From: Monosiga brevicollis MX1
Taxonomy: Eukaryota
Length of the DNA stretch: 64,000 nt
Direction: 5' to 3'
Assembly: GCF_000002865.3 (NCBI RefSeq)
Contig: NW_001865062.1
Span: 537,314 to 601,313 of the forward strand
The notes below the pieces were generated by a model. The model ran no database searches and was not told the DNA's origin. It saw only the letters and a program-made list of their open reading frames with translations. Numbering within the stretch: the first letter of the stretch is position 1; each line of letters opens with the position of its first letter. The position numbers and the translations under genes were made by a program. Positions 50,354 through 63,704 of the stretch are shown here, in pieces.

Positions 50354-52054
50354 TCATGCCAGCGGAGCTGGGCGGACATCACCGGCGTAAGCAGGGATGG
50401 AAAGTGTAATGGGATGAAGTTTGATGATGCAGTTCTTTCCAGGTCCACAGAGTTCTTCGCCGGCCTCCTCTACACATCCCCATCCGGACCATGCGAGGCA
50501 AAAAGCAGTCTCAAATGAATGAGCCGTGGGCACTGCCTGGATGTAGCCGGGCGCGCGCACAAGAGAGAGAGGGAGAGAAAGGGAGAGAGAGAGAGAGAGA
50601 ACGGAAAGAGGATCAAGGGTTCGTTGCATTGCTTACGTTGTTTCAAAATGTCGGCCATGACCGTCAAGGTCTGCCAGCGAATGTCATGAGAAGCATCCTC
50701 GAGGTGTGGCATTTCTTCTCCCAGTTGCACACGGCGCAAGAGCTCATCGCTGGCTACAATGACGCGCAACTTGCGGGCCTGCGGGTCGTTTCACAAGCAG
50801 GTAAGTGGAAGTATAATACGGTCGCACACATTTGCCCTTCCCTCATGGCAAACGAGTTGTCCCATCAAACCATCTTGCCTTTGGTGTTTCATAGCGAAAG
50901 CTCAGCCCAATCCAATAGAGCGCCGAGTGCGTGGGCAAGCCCCTGTGCGAAGAAAAGATTTGATTCAGCTTCAAGTGAGGCTGCCGTGCGAACAAAAAAA
51001 TTCATACAAACGGTCTTTGACACTTTAAACGCGCATGTGGGAATAGGCTGTGAGGCGCGTACATGTCTTCGCGGACATAGCCGTGGGAGTACTTTGGGGC
51101 GACAATGTTGAGCAAGCTGTTCATGATCAAAAAGTGTTGTCGCTTGGGCAACGCCACAAAAGGCTGGGCCGAGCTGGTGCGCCGCGCACAGTCCAGAACC
51201 AAATCGACGGCGGCCTGATTGTCGGGGAGAACGACGTCCATGGTGGACTCTTGCAAGGTGCGAATCTTGAGCAGGCGGCTCTGTCGATCAAAGCTGGTCA
51301 GGGAAAAGTTGACCTGGCGCATGTGTTCACTGCAAAGCACATTGCACCCCATGACATGAGCTGAAGAGCTTTTCCTTCATTGTCTTGAAAACATGCCGAA
51401 CGAGGCCTACCGCATGCGCAGGCGAACCCGCGCCCGAGTGAAGGCGATGGAGGACGTCACTAGAAAGCCAAGCGTCCAACAGATGGCGGGGGCCAGCATG
51501 CTCACGGGGACGGACAGCCAGGTGGGGACGCCACCACTTCCTGTCGACGGGCTTGCCTCAGTGACTCGGGTGGCTTGTTCAGCCGTCATGGTGGCAGCCT
51601 GGCTGAGTCGCTCGGCCTCGGTGGGATCGACGAGACCCGTCTCGCTCATGTGCTGAAGCACCAGGCGGTACTGGCGGAGATCGGACAAGACTTCCTTGGC
51701 ATTGACAACGTCGCCCATGTGCAAGAAGTAAAGAATGGCAGCCAAGGTGGCTCCCAAGCCACCAATTGTAATCCCCGCCAGCGTGGACAAGGGGGAGAAG
51801 AGAAGCATCTCGCGAAGAATGCTGCGATTACTAATCTCGCCGGGAGAGCCCTCCCCAGGCGTCGGTGTCCCAGGCGAGGGGCCACGGCGCGGGATTGAAG
51901 AGGTGAGGCAGCGTCGACCACCACGCGTTAAAATCGGTCCAGACGGCTGCACAAGGCCAGTCGACCGCAAAGCCGACCCGATCCGCAGCAGGGCGCGACC
52001 GCCCCCGCGAACGGTGGCCGCAGCAACCAACGAACGTGATATAACCATGACCAT
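50354..52054 (-). CDS. Uncharacterised membrane protein with a transit-peptide-like N-terminus, two hydrophobic segments and a globular C-terminal domain
   Basis: Arg/Ser-rich, acid-free N-terminus. Hydrophobic segments LAGITIGGLGATLAAILYFL and VSMLAPAICWTLGFLV. Spliced domain RQVNFSL...LKIRTLQE...NSLLN...GYVREDM|GLPTHSALYWIGL...RKLRVIVA...RWQTL. The 3' end is uncertain. Confidence 0.6.
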
Positions 52055-52381
52055 GAAGCCCGCAGGACCAGATAAAAACTACCAACCCACCAACCAACGC
52101 TTGCACAGTCAAGCAATCAATCGCCTAGCGTCCCCTCCCCTGTTCTCCTCTCTCTCCAACCCCCCTCCTCCCCCACCCCTCCTCCTTCTTTCCCAGTATT
52201 TGCACCCCCCGCGCCGAACGATGAATCGTGCAACCCTCTTGCAACAAGACCAAAAAAGTGCGCGAAAGAGAGACAGAGAGAGAGTGAGACAGTGTAAAAG
52301 TGCGGACAGCCGTCGCCCAAATTGGCCTGGTCTTACCTCAAAGCTCTTCTTATACAGTATTATCACCGTTCGTTTACAACG

Positions 52382-52454
52382 GCGCGCGTGGTGTAGTGGT
52401 TATCACGTCGCTTTAACACAGCGAAGGTCATCAGTTCAATTCTGGTCGTGCGTA
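52382..52454 (+). tRNA. tRNA-Val (AAC)
   Basis: GCGCGCG acceptor stem, A box TGGTGTAGTGG, anticodon arm TCGCT-TTAACAC-AGCGA, T loop TTCAATT, and a T5 terminator directly downstream. Confidence 0.96.
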
Positions 52455-53252
52455 TACTTTTTGCTCCTCAACCATTTTGTCTGACATTCAAGGCAAGTCG
52501 GCCGTTCCCAAGTGTTCCCCACACGCTTCCCCAACGGCCGCTGACGTGTCGCTGCGACAAATGCACGTTGATGCGCGCTTGATCCATTCTCTGGTCGTGG
52601 TAGGGAGCAGTTGACATTTCTCTAGATCTGGTGAGTACGCTGCCTTACATCTCTGAATGACCTTGAATTTTAGCTTGGTATGACATTGGTGATCACCCAT
52701 TCCTCTAAATAGGTGCTCATTCCTCCGACCCCTCTCTCACGCCAGCGAACCGACGACGTCGCCTCTCTGATCGATTTGCTTCTTCGTTTTTCTTTCTTTT
52801 TCTTCTTCTTCTTCTGCTTCTTCTGGTCAGTGAGCGCAACGGGTCCGGCCCCTCAATGGCAGCGCCACCCCGTGAATTTGTAAATGCAGGTGGCCATGAA
52901 CGGGTCATGGTGGCACTGGCTCGTGCTGGGGTGTGATGGAGATGCATTGAAATGGTGCTTTTGAGACGAAGGGGGCATGGAACGGCCGATCGAACGAGGG
53001 GCGTACGTCGAGGGCGGCAGGGCGTTGGCATAGACGTGCACGTGACGGGCATGTTCGCCAGTTGCGGCATTCTTCGCGGGCACATGCGCGAGTGGGACCG
53101 ATTGCATGCACCAGGCTGATGATGCTTTTCTCCTGAGCTGTGCCTGGACCATTCTTCGAAGCACATTGCCGTTTTTTTTTCTTGCTCATCTTCAGCTGAC
53201 GGTCTGCACTCATCGTCTTCATCGCCATGTGTGTTTAGACAACCCACCAAGC

Positions 53253-55552
53253 ATGAAGTTCCTTGTGGTGGCAGCGCTGCTGCTGCAGCTCATCGTGCTG
53301 GTGGCCGCTGGGTATGTTCTCCAGTGCTTATCCCTCTCTTCTGGTGCCATTCCTCAGCTCTCGCGTCCGAAGACAGCCGCTTTCGCGCTGGATTCACAGC
53401 AACACATCTTGCTCCTCCCCTTGTGCCTCGCAACGCAGGCGCGACTTTTATAAAATTCTCGGCGTCGCGCGCACCGCCACCAAAAAGGAAATTAAAAAAG
53501 CCTACCGCAAGCTGGCCATGGAGCACCACCCCGACAAGAACCAGGGCAACGACGAGGCTGCCAAAATTTTCCAGGTGAGCCCCGAGACGGCCTCTCCCTC
53601 TTGCGAGCCTCCCACCATTTTTTTTCTCACGCCCAACTGGCACACAGGACATTGGTGCCGCCTACGAGGTGCTTTCGGATGACGATAAGCGTAAAATCTA
53701 TGATCGCCACGGCGAAGAGGGCCTCAAGGACGGTGGTCAGGGCCACGATGCCTCCGACATCTTCTCCAGGTACACCCGCGTACCAAAGCGTCCTCCTGAT
53801 CGTGTTCTGTTGTGATCCTACCATCCCAGCGTGCATGACCCATGCTTTCGTCGTCATGCTCTGTCTGCTTTTTTCTTGCTCATGCATGCTTTCTTGACCA
53901 CCATCACCGTTCTTAGCATGTTTGGTGGCAGCTTTTTCAACATGCACTTCGGCGGGAATGGCCGCGGCGAAAAGCAAGTGCCGCGTGGCTCCGACGTTCA
54001 CATCGACCTTGATGTCACCCTCAGCGATCTGTACAAGGGCGCCTTTATCGAGGTATGTCGAGGCAGCACCTCTTTTGATTTTTTTTAATAATTTTTTTTT
54101 TTTTTTCATTATTTATACCCCTCGCTGTCTTCCAGTCCCAGCTCACATGTTTGTTCCATTTCACGGCGCTAACCCTCTTGATTTGCTTTCGATGACCATG
54201 GGGGGTCCTTGAATGCTTGCCAGGTGCTGCACACCAAGGGTGTCTTTCGCGAAGCACCTGGCACACGCAAGTGCAATTGTCGCACGGAAATGCGGACTCA
54301 GCAAGTCGGCCCCGGTCAGTTTTCCATGGCCAACGTCAAAGTTTGCGACGATTGCCCCAACGTCAAGTATGTCTCCCCTTCCTACCCAATTGCCAGGCTA
54401 CATAATTGCTTTTACTTCCATTTGCTCCCCAAGTGCCAAGCTGCGCTGCTCATATCTGAACCAGCGACCCACTCATGTTTCTCCGGATTGTGCTCCTCAC
54501 TCGGACGCTTTCCATCTCCAAACCTAAACCTTGGGTAGACTGACCCATGAGCACGTCGAATTGGATCTTGAGATTGAGCCAGGCATGGTTCAGGGCCAGG
54601 AGCTCAAGTTTCATGCCGAGGGTGAACCCCATGCTGACGGTATGCGATTGCATGATCCATCGTCGTTTGTGTCATTCCTTTCTCGATCCTCTTTCATTCT
54701 TTTGGGCCGAGGCTGATATGCGAACATGACTTTGGCCATGCCATGCAATGCCCTTCAGGCGAGCCGGGCGATTTAATATTCCACATCAACACGCTGGTAG
54801 GTCTTGATGGGCTTCAGATTGTGCTCATCCACCATTCGCCCTTTGTCCATCCCTCACCGGGTGCGCCCTGCATCTCGTTGTACAGAAACACTCCCGGTTT
54901 CAGCGCGCTGGCAACGATCTTTTGACAAACATCACCATCACCCTCGAGGATGCCCTGACGGGTTTTGAGATGGAGGTCAAGCATTTGGACGGTAAGAGTC
55001 TCTCGTCATGTCGGCGGGCAGTCCGTCGTGGCCACTTATGACCCATTCTGGCGTCATTCTCAGGTCACAAGGTGCAGGTCAAGCGCGAGGGAATCACCGC
55101 CCCCAACAGCATCGTCAAGGTGGCGGGCGAGGGCATGAAGTCCTTTGACAACAACCTCGAGGTTCGGCTCCCGTTTGGAAATCAATTTGGCGCCCTCAGC
55201 TCGTGCTTGCTGCGCATCTTTCGTGACAATGTGCCTCGCTCTTGCTCGTTGACCCGAGTGGCTGTGCTGACCTACTCTTTCATTTCATTAGCGGGGTGAT
55301 TTGTACATTACCTTTGATGTCGAGTTTCCCACCCTGAATTTCCCGTCAGAGGCTGTTGAGAGTACGTAGCATCAGCCTGCTTTTGCGAACTCCGCCGTCT
55401 CACGAATTCTGGCCATGCGCGCCTCTCACTTTGCTCACACTGTGCGTGCATCGAATCGGGCCTTGTTTCTAGGCCTCAAGGAGCTCTTGGGTCAAGGCAG
55501 CAAGCAGCGCGTTTATAACGGCCTCGAATCCCGCTTTGTCAAGGGTGCATAG
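53253..55552 (+). CDS. DNAJB11: ER-luminal Hsp40 ERdj3
   Basis: Signal peptide [29 protein letters not shown]...[39 protein letters not shown]...[34 protein letters not shown]. Confidence 0.94.
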
Positions 55553-55766
55553 AGCTGGACTTTTTGACGCCTGATCAATGCTGAAAACTTTACAATTTAC
55601 ATCAAAAAGCCATGCCTCAAGCTTTTGGCCCATCATGTTTCAACAACGCACAGCGTTCAAGACACCCACACCACACAAATGCTTGTTCGCGCTGCGAATC
55701 AAGTCGCGGTGTCATACTAGGACACATTGCATCAATCACACCCCAACGCAACTCTATCCTTCAAGC

Positions 55767-58700
55767 TTATGCCGTGTCCATCTCGGTCGAAGCCACCTCG
55801 TTGGGCGATGCGTTCGCCGGGGATGTCGGCGCTGGGGACTCGGCGCTCGGCCGCGGCCCTCGTCGCCACCCGAGGGTGACCTTTTCCTCGCCCTTCCGGA
55901 GCTCGGGAATCAACGTCCGACATTCAAGAACACGGGCACGGAGTTGTGTCTCTGCAGCCTCCATGGCCGGGCTCTCATTGAGCGCATCGAGCGCACGCAA
56001 TCGCCGCGCCAAAGCCAAATGCTTGTCGAGTTCCTTTTCATGGTTGCTGACGTCATTGGCCGTCCTTGGCAGTTGTGTCTTTGTCAAACGAGGAAACACT
56101 GAAATTAGATGGTCAGCAGCCAGCATGAGCGCGTCTTTCAGCTCGCGCCTCGCCTCATCGCTGGCCATGGCCTCAAAGTTGGGTGCTGTATTCGCTCTGC
56201 AATATGCGATAAAGCACACATTGAGTTTTCAATCGTACGCAGGCAAGTGGAGTTGTGTGGCATACGGTCATTCAAGGAAACCTACGTTTTGAGCACCTCA
56301 GCCACATTGAGTACGCGGTTCAGGCGGTCCAGATATTCAGACTCAATCTCGGCCACACCGTCGTCTGGCCTTTCCTCGTCGAGACAAGCCACCGCATCGC
56401 GCAGCGTGGCACACAATGCTTGAACATAAATGGTCAACAACTTTGAGCAGACTTCATGGTATGTACGTGGTTGCATGATTTCTTCCAAGCGATCCGTGTT
56501 GCCATCACACCACTTGTAAATGTCGCAAAACTGGTTTTTGTTTTTCATCTGCCAGGCCGACGTGTGGGGCCCGTGTGACCAGGAAAGTTTGCAAAGGCGA
56601 TCAATCATAAGGTTAGAAATCCACGTGCAACGTGGCTTTCACCAAGGCGCGGGTAGCATACCGGGAAATAGGCGTAAAGCGCTTTCTCCAAATTCTTCGA
56701 GGCGAGCTCATCCGTGAATTCTTGGGCTATAGCATCTGGTTGCTTTGAGACCACGTTCTTCAGCACCTCCAGGTACACGATATGCAAGGTTGCACGATAG
56801 TAGCTCTTGACCTGACCCAAAAGCGCGCGCAAGAGGGATAACATCTGCATTTCACAAGGGAAAGGCCACAGTCAAGTCAAATTCATTCTCGTCAGGACTT
56901 GCTCTGAAGTCGCACCATCTTGTGTTAGAAGTGCGAAGAACTGCGCTCAAGAGGATATCAGATACACACCTCATGAATGACTCGCAGGGGTTGCGTCCAG
57001 ACTGCATCTTCCATCGGAGTACGTTCCAAAGTCACCTCACAGGCATGCAAGAAGGGGGTACAAATGCCGCGCATCTGCAAGCCACCAACAATAGCGGAGT
57101 TTGTCAACATCAAGCTGATGATGCCAACTGTTGGCCGACGAGCATCGCACGGCCATGCATGTGACAAGCTCTCCGTGGAGAAAAGGGCAGCTTGCGCTGG
57201 AGAGTAGAAACGTTAACGCCAGCGCACCTCTTCGAGGCAATCCGAGTTTGCCATCACCGCACGGATAGCGCTACCAGCAAACGCCGCCATCGTTTCCAAG
57301 GCACGCGCTTGGACGTGTGAGGGCTTACTGCGCTTATTGGCAGAGGGCTTGGACTACAGGTGGTCAGCCAGACAACAAGGTCTTGGTCAGTCTCAGCCTC
57401 GCCTTCAGTGCCATCATAGTCCAATAGTACGCACCACTTGAACGTGTGTCATTGCCGTGGCCAATGAGCGCGCACTTTCAAGCCACTGGCAGAGACGTGC
57501 CCGACACATGCCTTGCATGTATGACGCCTCCCTGCACAAAGGTCAAAAGTGAGTTGACAGACTTGCAGACTTACTCGATGCGCGTCGCAACAAACCCACC
57601 ACAGCAGCTCAGCACGCTCCGTCTCCTGGTCAAAGCTGTCATTGTGAGCATCAACGGCGAGGCGATCATAATGTTGACTAGCACGCTCAAACCACTTGGT
57701 CTTGTTTGGTTTGAGCGTGGCACAGCATGCATTTGTTGAGGATGAGTCAGGAACTGGACAAGAGTGGACAGTCAGCCAGCTTGGCTCCCTGCCCAGGAAC
57801 ACGAAAACAAAAAACAAAAAAACAAAAACAAAAACAAAAACAGAACAAACTCTCAAATCCTAGACAACGGCAAAATTACCGACCTGCTCTTCGAGGCGGC
57901 CTAGCAAGTAGCAGATGTAGCCCATTTCCTGGCCAACCCAGCACACATAGTCATTGGAGTCTGGGGTCAAGCTTGCCATGTGGAAGCTGACCAAGGCGCG
58001 ATTCTATGCAAGACACACCGTCGCTGAGGCAAAGTAGCTGGCATACAGTGGACGGCACCACATGTTCTGGTCACGTGTACGCCGCCGTTCGCGCACCCCG
58101 AGCCTTACCAGCCAATCAGCAATCTGAGGCCGCTCCATGTCCAGTTCAAGCTTGTCTTGGTTCCACCACTCAGATGCATGCTCCTTGTGAAATTTGCCGA
58201 AGCGGCACCAGCTGTCCGATGACCCCGCGTCATAGTAGATGGCGGTGAGTGCGAGATCTTCAAAGGAAGGACCATCCTGAGCAATCTCGTCTTCGTCGAC
58301 CATGATGAGATCACATTTCTGTGAGAAATATAGGCGCAGCAGCTCGCCAGACCATCCACTCGCGCGCGCGCGTCTGCACTCGGTCACGACCAGGGCATTT
58401 GGAAGCTCTGCCACCGTTGGGCGCGGGCAGATGGCCTCACGCATGATGGCCTCGGCATCATTTGGTGGCAGCGCCTCAAATGCCGTGTCGAAGAGGGTCC
58501 GAAGAAGTAGCCAGCCTGATGCGTCTCGGGGGATTAGCTCCTTCACCACCGCGTCCAAGCCCCGACATACGATAGGGTGCACGATATCAGCGTAGGAGAA
58601 GGAGTCAGGAAAATGGATCACATGGGTGTGATACAGGAGTTGGGGCGCAAAAGGCGCGGCGACAGGGTCATGACAGGCCTCAGCCGATGTACTACACAGG

Positions 58701-61700
58701 TCCAGCTTGCGGACAGAGCGATAGTAATCGGCCAGAAAGGCAGCAGGTGTCACGCTCAGAGTGGGCAGGCCCACCGAGGGGCCTGCGGCTTGGGTTACAA
58801 AGAGGGCACAAGCGTAGTTCTGTGCAACTTGGAGAAAGTCCAGATTCTCCTTGATAGTCACGCGAAGGTACAAAAGAGCATGAAGCAGCCATTGAGCAAG
58901 CGCCAGCAGGTCCGGCTCCACCGCCACGGTGCCCAAGGCGTCACAGTTCCAGCTGGAGCCGTGCTGCTTTACTTGGTTATGGACATGGTGCACGAGGGTG
59001 AACGTGAGGCTTGCCATGGAAGTCGCAATTTTGTGCCTTGTGGGCTTTTCTTGCCGCCCGGATGCCCGGTATTTCTGATCCTGGGCCGATCAGACAAGCG
59101 TGGGTGAATTTTTCAACGACATTGAGTGTGTGCGAAACAAAGATTTCAGGTCGAATCGAGCGTCGTACTTTGCAGATGCTTGTGAATAGCGTGATAGCCA
59201 AGCCAGCGAGTTGAATCAGGTCGCTCGGTTGAAACGGCATATGTTCCAGAATGTGTGGCAGATCTATCATGAAGACGAAAAAGACAAGCGTGCAGAGAGT
59301 ATCTGGCGTAAGAATTGGCGCGAACCTCACGGCAACGGGTCAAGAGATCGCCAAGAGGCTTCAACACAACATGCAACGCACGTGAAGCAAAATCGTTGAT
59401 GTCTCGCAGAAAGTCCAGTGCATATGCAGAGATGGGACGCAACGCCAGGGTTTGAAGCCAAAGGCGAAACACTCGCCATCCCTTGTCCCCGTACTCGGCG
59501 ACCCAGTCTGCAAGTCGCTTCTCGATGGCGGCCAGGGCTTGCTGCTTCTCGGTGGTATCTGATGAGCAGTCCCCACTTGTCGTGTCCATGAGCTCGACTG
59601 TGCTGGGGGATTGTCCAGCCCTGGCAAGCGGTGAGGCTACACCAGGCGTGGCATCATTTGAATTGAGTCCGCCAGCTGACCGCTGGGTGTCATTCGCTTG
59701 GTTCGCCTCGGGCACTGCTGGCTCAGATGCAGGCAAGGCAGCAACGGCCTCAGCAGCTAGCTGTCGCTCCTCGGTGAGCGCCTGGCGGCGCTTGCACCAG
59801 GATCGAAGGTAACGGACGCAGTTGGTCAAGTCTTGGACGGGCAAGGCATTGGGCTCCAGCGTGGGCAGGAAGCTGAGACGATCCAAGACTTCTTCATAGT
59901 GGCCAGCGCGCTCGGCAGCGACACCCACGAAAAAGTGTCGCGCCGCGTGCAACGTGGTCTGCAGCTGTTTGGTCGAACCGATTGTGATATCACATCTGCA
60001 CACGAGGAAAAAAAAGTAGGGGTGTGAAAAGGAGGGTCGATATGTATGGCCAAGGTCAGGGGAAAGGTGGCGGGAGAGCGTACTCGTTAATGCAATAGGG
60101 TCGACGGCGAGTGGCAGAATTCTGCTCCTGCGATTGGCGCAAGAGATCGAGCTCATACAGTCCTCGATGCAGAACCTCGGAGAGCTAAGACAAAGGAGGT
60201 GGCAGTAAAGTGGCGGGTGAGGCGTTCCTCCAAGGGAGGCATTGTTCAGGAGAAAGGGCGGTGTGTGCAAGTGGGTGAGGAAAGGTCACCTCAATAACGA
60301 TGGCATCTGATGGTGGGGCCGGTGTTGAATTGTCGAGTGGTACTTCGGGGGCCTGTGGATTGGCCAGAGTGGTGATGGCATCGGCCAGAGCGGCAGCCTG
60401 TTCAGCGCGGGACCCACTGCGTCCCAGTGGGTGCTTGGATTCGTGCTTCTTGAGGCGACGAAGCGCCAAGAGTGCGCGCGCAAAGTGATAATGATCGAGC
60501 CACAGTGCTGTGTTGGCTGTATAAACACCGCCCGCCAACCAAGCCGCACGCCCATCGATGGCTCGGCCCAGCTGACCTAGAGACGTGTGGGAAAGCGTGG
60601 GCAACGTATTCAAAGCAGCCATATCGACCAGGAGCTCAAAGGCACGAAGCAGCATCCAATCTACGACTTGAAGAGCATCAAGGTAAGGGTCAAAGTCGGC
60701 CGGTAGCTTTTGACTGCCTTGTGTGCAGCTGTTGTGCGCCAATAGAAAGTCAAAAAGCTGCAAGACATCCTGTTGCAGCTTGGGTGGCACGGGGGAGGGC
60801 CAGGCCGCTTCCACGTCGGGGCCAAGCAGCGCTTCCAAGCAGCTGCGAGCGACATATGCCCAGCCTTAGCAAGAGTCATGTGGTGGTGAGATGGACCGGT
60901 TGCTTGGGCACGCTTGACCAAAAGGTGGGGTAATAGCTCAGGAGATAAGGAGGGGGGAAGGGGGGCAAGACGTACTATAAACACGATAAGGCTGCAAGCT
61001 AGGCGGAAGGTGATGGCCTGAGCCAAGGCGCTTTTGCGTGCTATACGCGAGAGTCGAAGTCGTCTGTTTAGAACTGTCGGCATGGAGTGGATAATTTGAG
61101 CAAAGATGCGTCATGGCGCGAGTGGCCCACGCTTGGGCCCATGCAGGGCAAGTAGCAGGTTCAGCGGCTTCTTCCGTCCGCCGCTCAGTTGCCAGTGCCT
61201 CCTTACTCTCCTGTGTCAGAGAGCCGCATGTGGCAAAACATAAGAAAAAGGTGCCAGAAGCAGGCCAGTGTAGTGGAGGGTTTGGGGCGAAACAGAGAGA
61301 AAAAAGGAGGAAGAAGAACGAGTAGGCAGGAGAGAAAGCAACAACACAAGATGCGCAGCTGCAGTTGCCACAGAAGCGTCTGGGCACATCTGCTTGCGAT
61401 CAATCTTCAAATCTGATGGTCAGGGACAACTTACGCTGGTGACAGGTGTGGTACCTGCCGTGCCTTGAGACGAAGCGCTGCGCGTCAGGGCCTCAGGTGC
61501 ATTGTTGGGCTCGATAGAGCGATGTTGGCGGGAGCGTGCACGGGTGAGACGGGGCTTTTTGGCCGAGGGTCGCTCCAAGTCTGAGGCTGGCTTTGGGTCG
61601 GCGTTGGTGCTCGGCTGCATGATGCTCGAGGTGACTGACGGTATCGATGAGGCATCAAGCGGCTGAGTGCTTTCTTGATCCGTAGGTTGAGTGGCTTCTT

Positions 61701-63243
61701 GGCTGTGCGCCAGATCTTGGGATGATGAGGCTTCCGAGACTTCAGTTGCCTGAGAGGCAGAGGTAGGGTCGCCATCGACGGCCATCGTCTCTGAACCTGT
61801 CAGCGAGGTACACGAAACGTTGTTGGAGGCCAGTGGTGCGGCGTCCTGCCTTTCACTCCTCGTTTGGGGGCCTGCACTGCTGTCGGGATTGCCATCACTG
61901 CTTTCATCTTCCTGGCTCTGCTCTGCATCTTCTTCCATGGGCGTGCTCGGAAGTGTCAGGCATACGCTGGCCGATGGGTTGGCGTTCTTGAGGTCCGTCA
62001 CCAAGCTGCCAGAAAGAANNNNNNNNNNNNNNNNNNNNNNNNNNNNNNNNNNNNNNNNNNNNNNNNNNNNNNNNNNNNNNNNNNNNNNNNNNNNNNNNNN
62101 NNNNNNNNNNNNNNNNNNNNNNNNNNNNNNNGGGGGGGGGGGGGGGGGATCCTACCGTTCCAAGGAATGAAATTCAAGCTGTTGTACCGAGGCTGGCACG
62201 AGATCGTGAGCAGGGAACGGCGATGGCAAGTTTTCAGCAGTTGGAGATGAAGGATTTGAGGCGCTGGGGATGGTCATTGAGGCTTTGCCGCGCGAAAAGA
62301 TCGGGGTTTGGTCTGGGATTTTGAGGGCTGCAAGCATGTCACGGGCTTGAGTATTGTTGGGGTCAATCTCAAGGATGTGGCGGGCGGTCTGCTCGAGTCC
62401 ATGGGCGTCAGAGCGAGCACCATGAATTTTAAGCAGCAGCTGCAGGGTTTGCCAGTGCCCCGGTTGCAAGCGTAACGCCTGCGGAGAGCGTGGCCCAGCA
62501 CGAGTGAAGAAGGCTTCAAGACTCTGGCTCCAAGAGCGGAGTGGTTGTTGTGAGACATACCTCGTGAGCGGCGTGGGCTGCCAGTTCATCTTTGGATAGT
62601 TGGTGGGCTGTACGCGCCACCATGAGCCAGGTATAATGATCTGAGGACGAAGCGGGAAACCTGGGTGAGGACAGAGGCCACATGGAAGAGCAGAATGGCA
62701 TTGGGATATGTGCACCTGGTGTCTCCATGAGATCGAGGGCTAGGATGAGGGCATCCAGTGCTCCCTCATACTGTTGGCAGTCGAGCCTGGACCGACCAAG
62801 TAAACGGGCAGCACGTTGCCTGGGATGATGGCGTCGCATGGTGAGAGGCAAGAGCGTTCAACACCTGGGCCAGCTCACATTCCAGTCCTGGTGACATGAT
62901 GAGGGTGAAACAGGAACGGCTTACCGAACTTTACGCAGCATACTACCGCTCTTAGCATCAGAACGATCAAGCGTGGTTACGATAGTGGCACAGATGCTTT
63001 GTGCCGTGGCATGGTCCTCAGTACCGTGGGCCTCAAAAGCCTTGTTCAGACTGGCGAGCAGCTCATTGATCTAAGTTTGCCAGGCGTTCGTCAGCTCGAC
63101 CGTCTGCATGGCGTTTCTCTACGGGCCCATGTGTGCGGAATGAACGACCATGGACACACCTGAAGCTCGGTTGTCTGTGAGTCTTCATCCTCGTCCGCCT
63201 CCCGATCCACCGGCCGGAACGTCGAGGTCCTAGCCGCCGCCAT
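55767..63243 (-). CDS. CABIN1: CABIN1/Hir3-like TPR scaffold (HIRA histone chaperone complex); spans an assembly gap
   Basis: N-terminus F.PVDRE.DEDEDSQTTELQ|INELL resembles the Hir3/CABIN1 start. TPR-like ALRLQPGHWQTLQLL and ILEIDPNNTQA. Central FLADYY...DSW motif. Many GT-AG introns. A single-gene span is inferred. Confidence 0.6.
62019..62131. other. Assembly gap (N run) followed by poly-G
   Basis: 113 N followed by a G run. Confidence 0.99.
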
Positions 63244-63374
63244 CCTGACCCGCCATAAAATGCGAGAGAGAGAGAGAGAGAGAGAGCCAGAGAGAGAGAG
63301 AGAAAACTGTAACCGTCACTTGTGAAAATTTTTTCGTAAGTTTTATACAGTATTATCAACACTCGTTTATAACG

Positions 63375-63447
63375 GCGCGCGTGGTGTAGTGGTTATCACG
63401 TCGCTTTAACACAGCGAAGGTCATCAGTTCAATTCTGGTCGTGCGTA
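63375..63447 (+). tRNA. tRNA-Val (AAC), identical to the copy at 52382
   Basis: Same 73-nt sequence, followed by a T6 terminator. Confidence 0.96.
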
Positions 63448-63503
63448 TACTTTTTTGCTCTGGGCTCATGCATCAACTTTTTTTTTTAATTTTTATGGAA
63501 AAG

Positions 63504-63538
<35 letters not shown>

Positions 63539-63704
63539 GTGCGTGATGAGGGGGACCTGTCTGCATGTGGGTGCGCGGGGTCGGTTACGGTCGTGGGGGC
63601 GGTTGCGGTTGTTGGTTGGGCCATGTTTGACAGGATTCTCCCTCTCGGGTTGATAAGGTGGGTCATTGAGTGTTCATGGTTCGATTGCAGATGGGTAAGG
63701 GACT

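Noticed and set aside
62132..62148. Poly-G tract as a G-quadruplex element
   Set aside because: It abuts the assembly gap, so its length and context are unreliable.
52454..63375. Integrative element bounded by tRNA direct repeats
   Set aside because: Both tRNA copies are complete. The interval holds only intron-containing housekeeping genes and no integrase or transposase.
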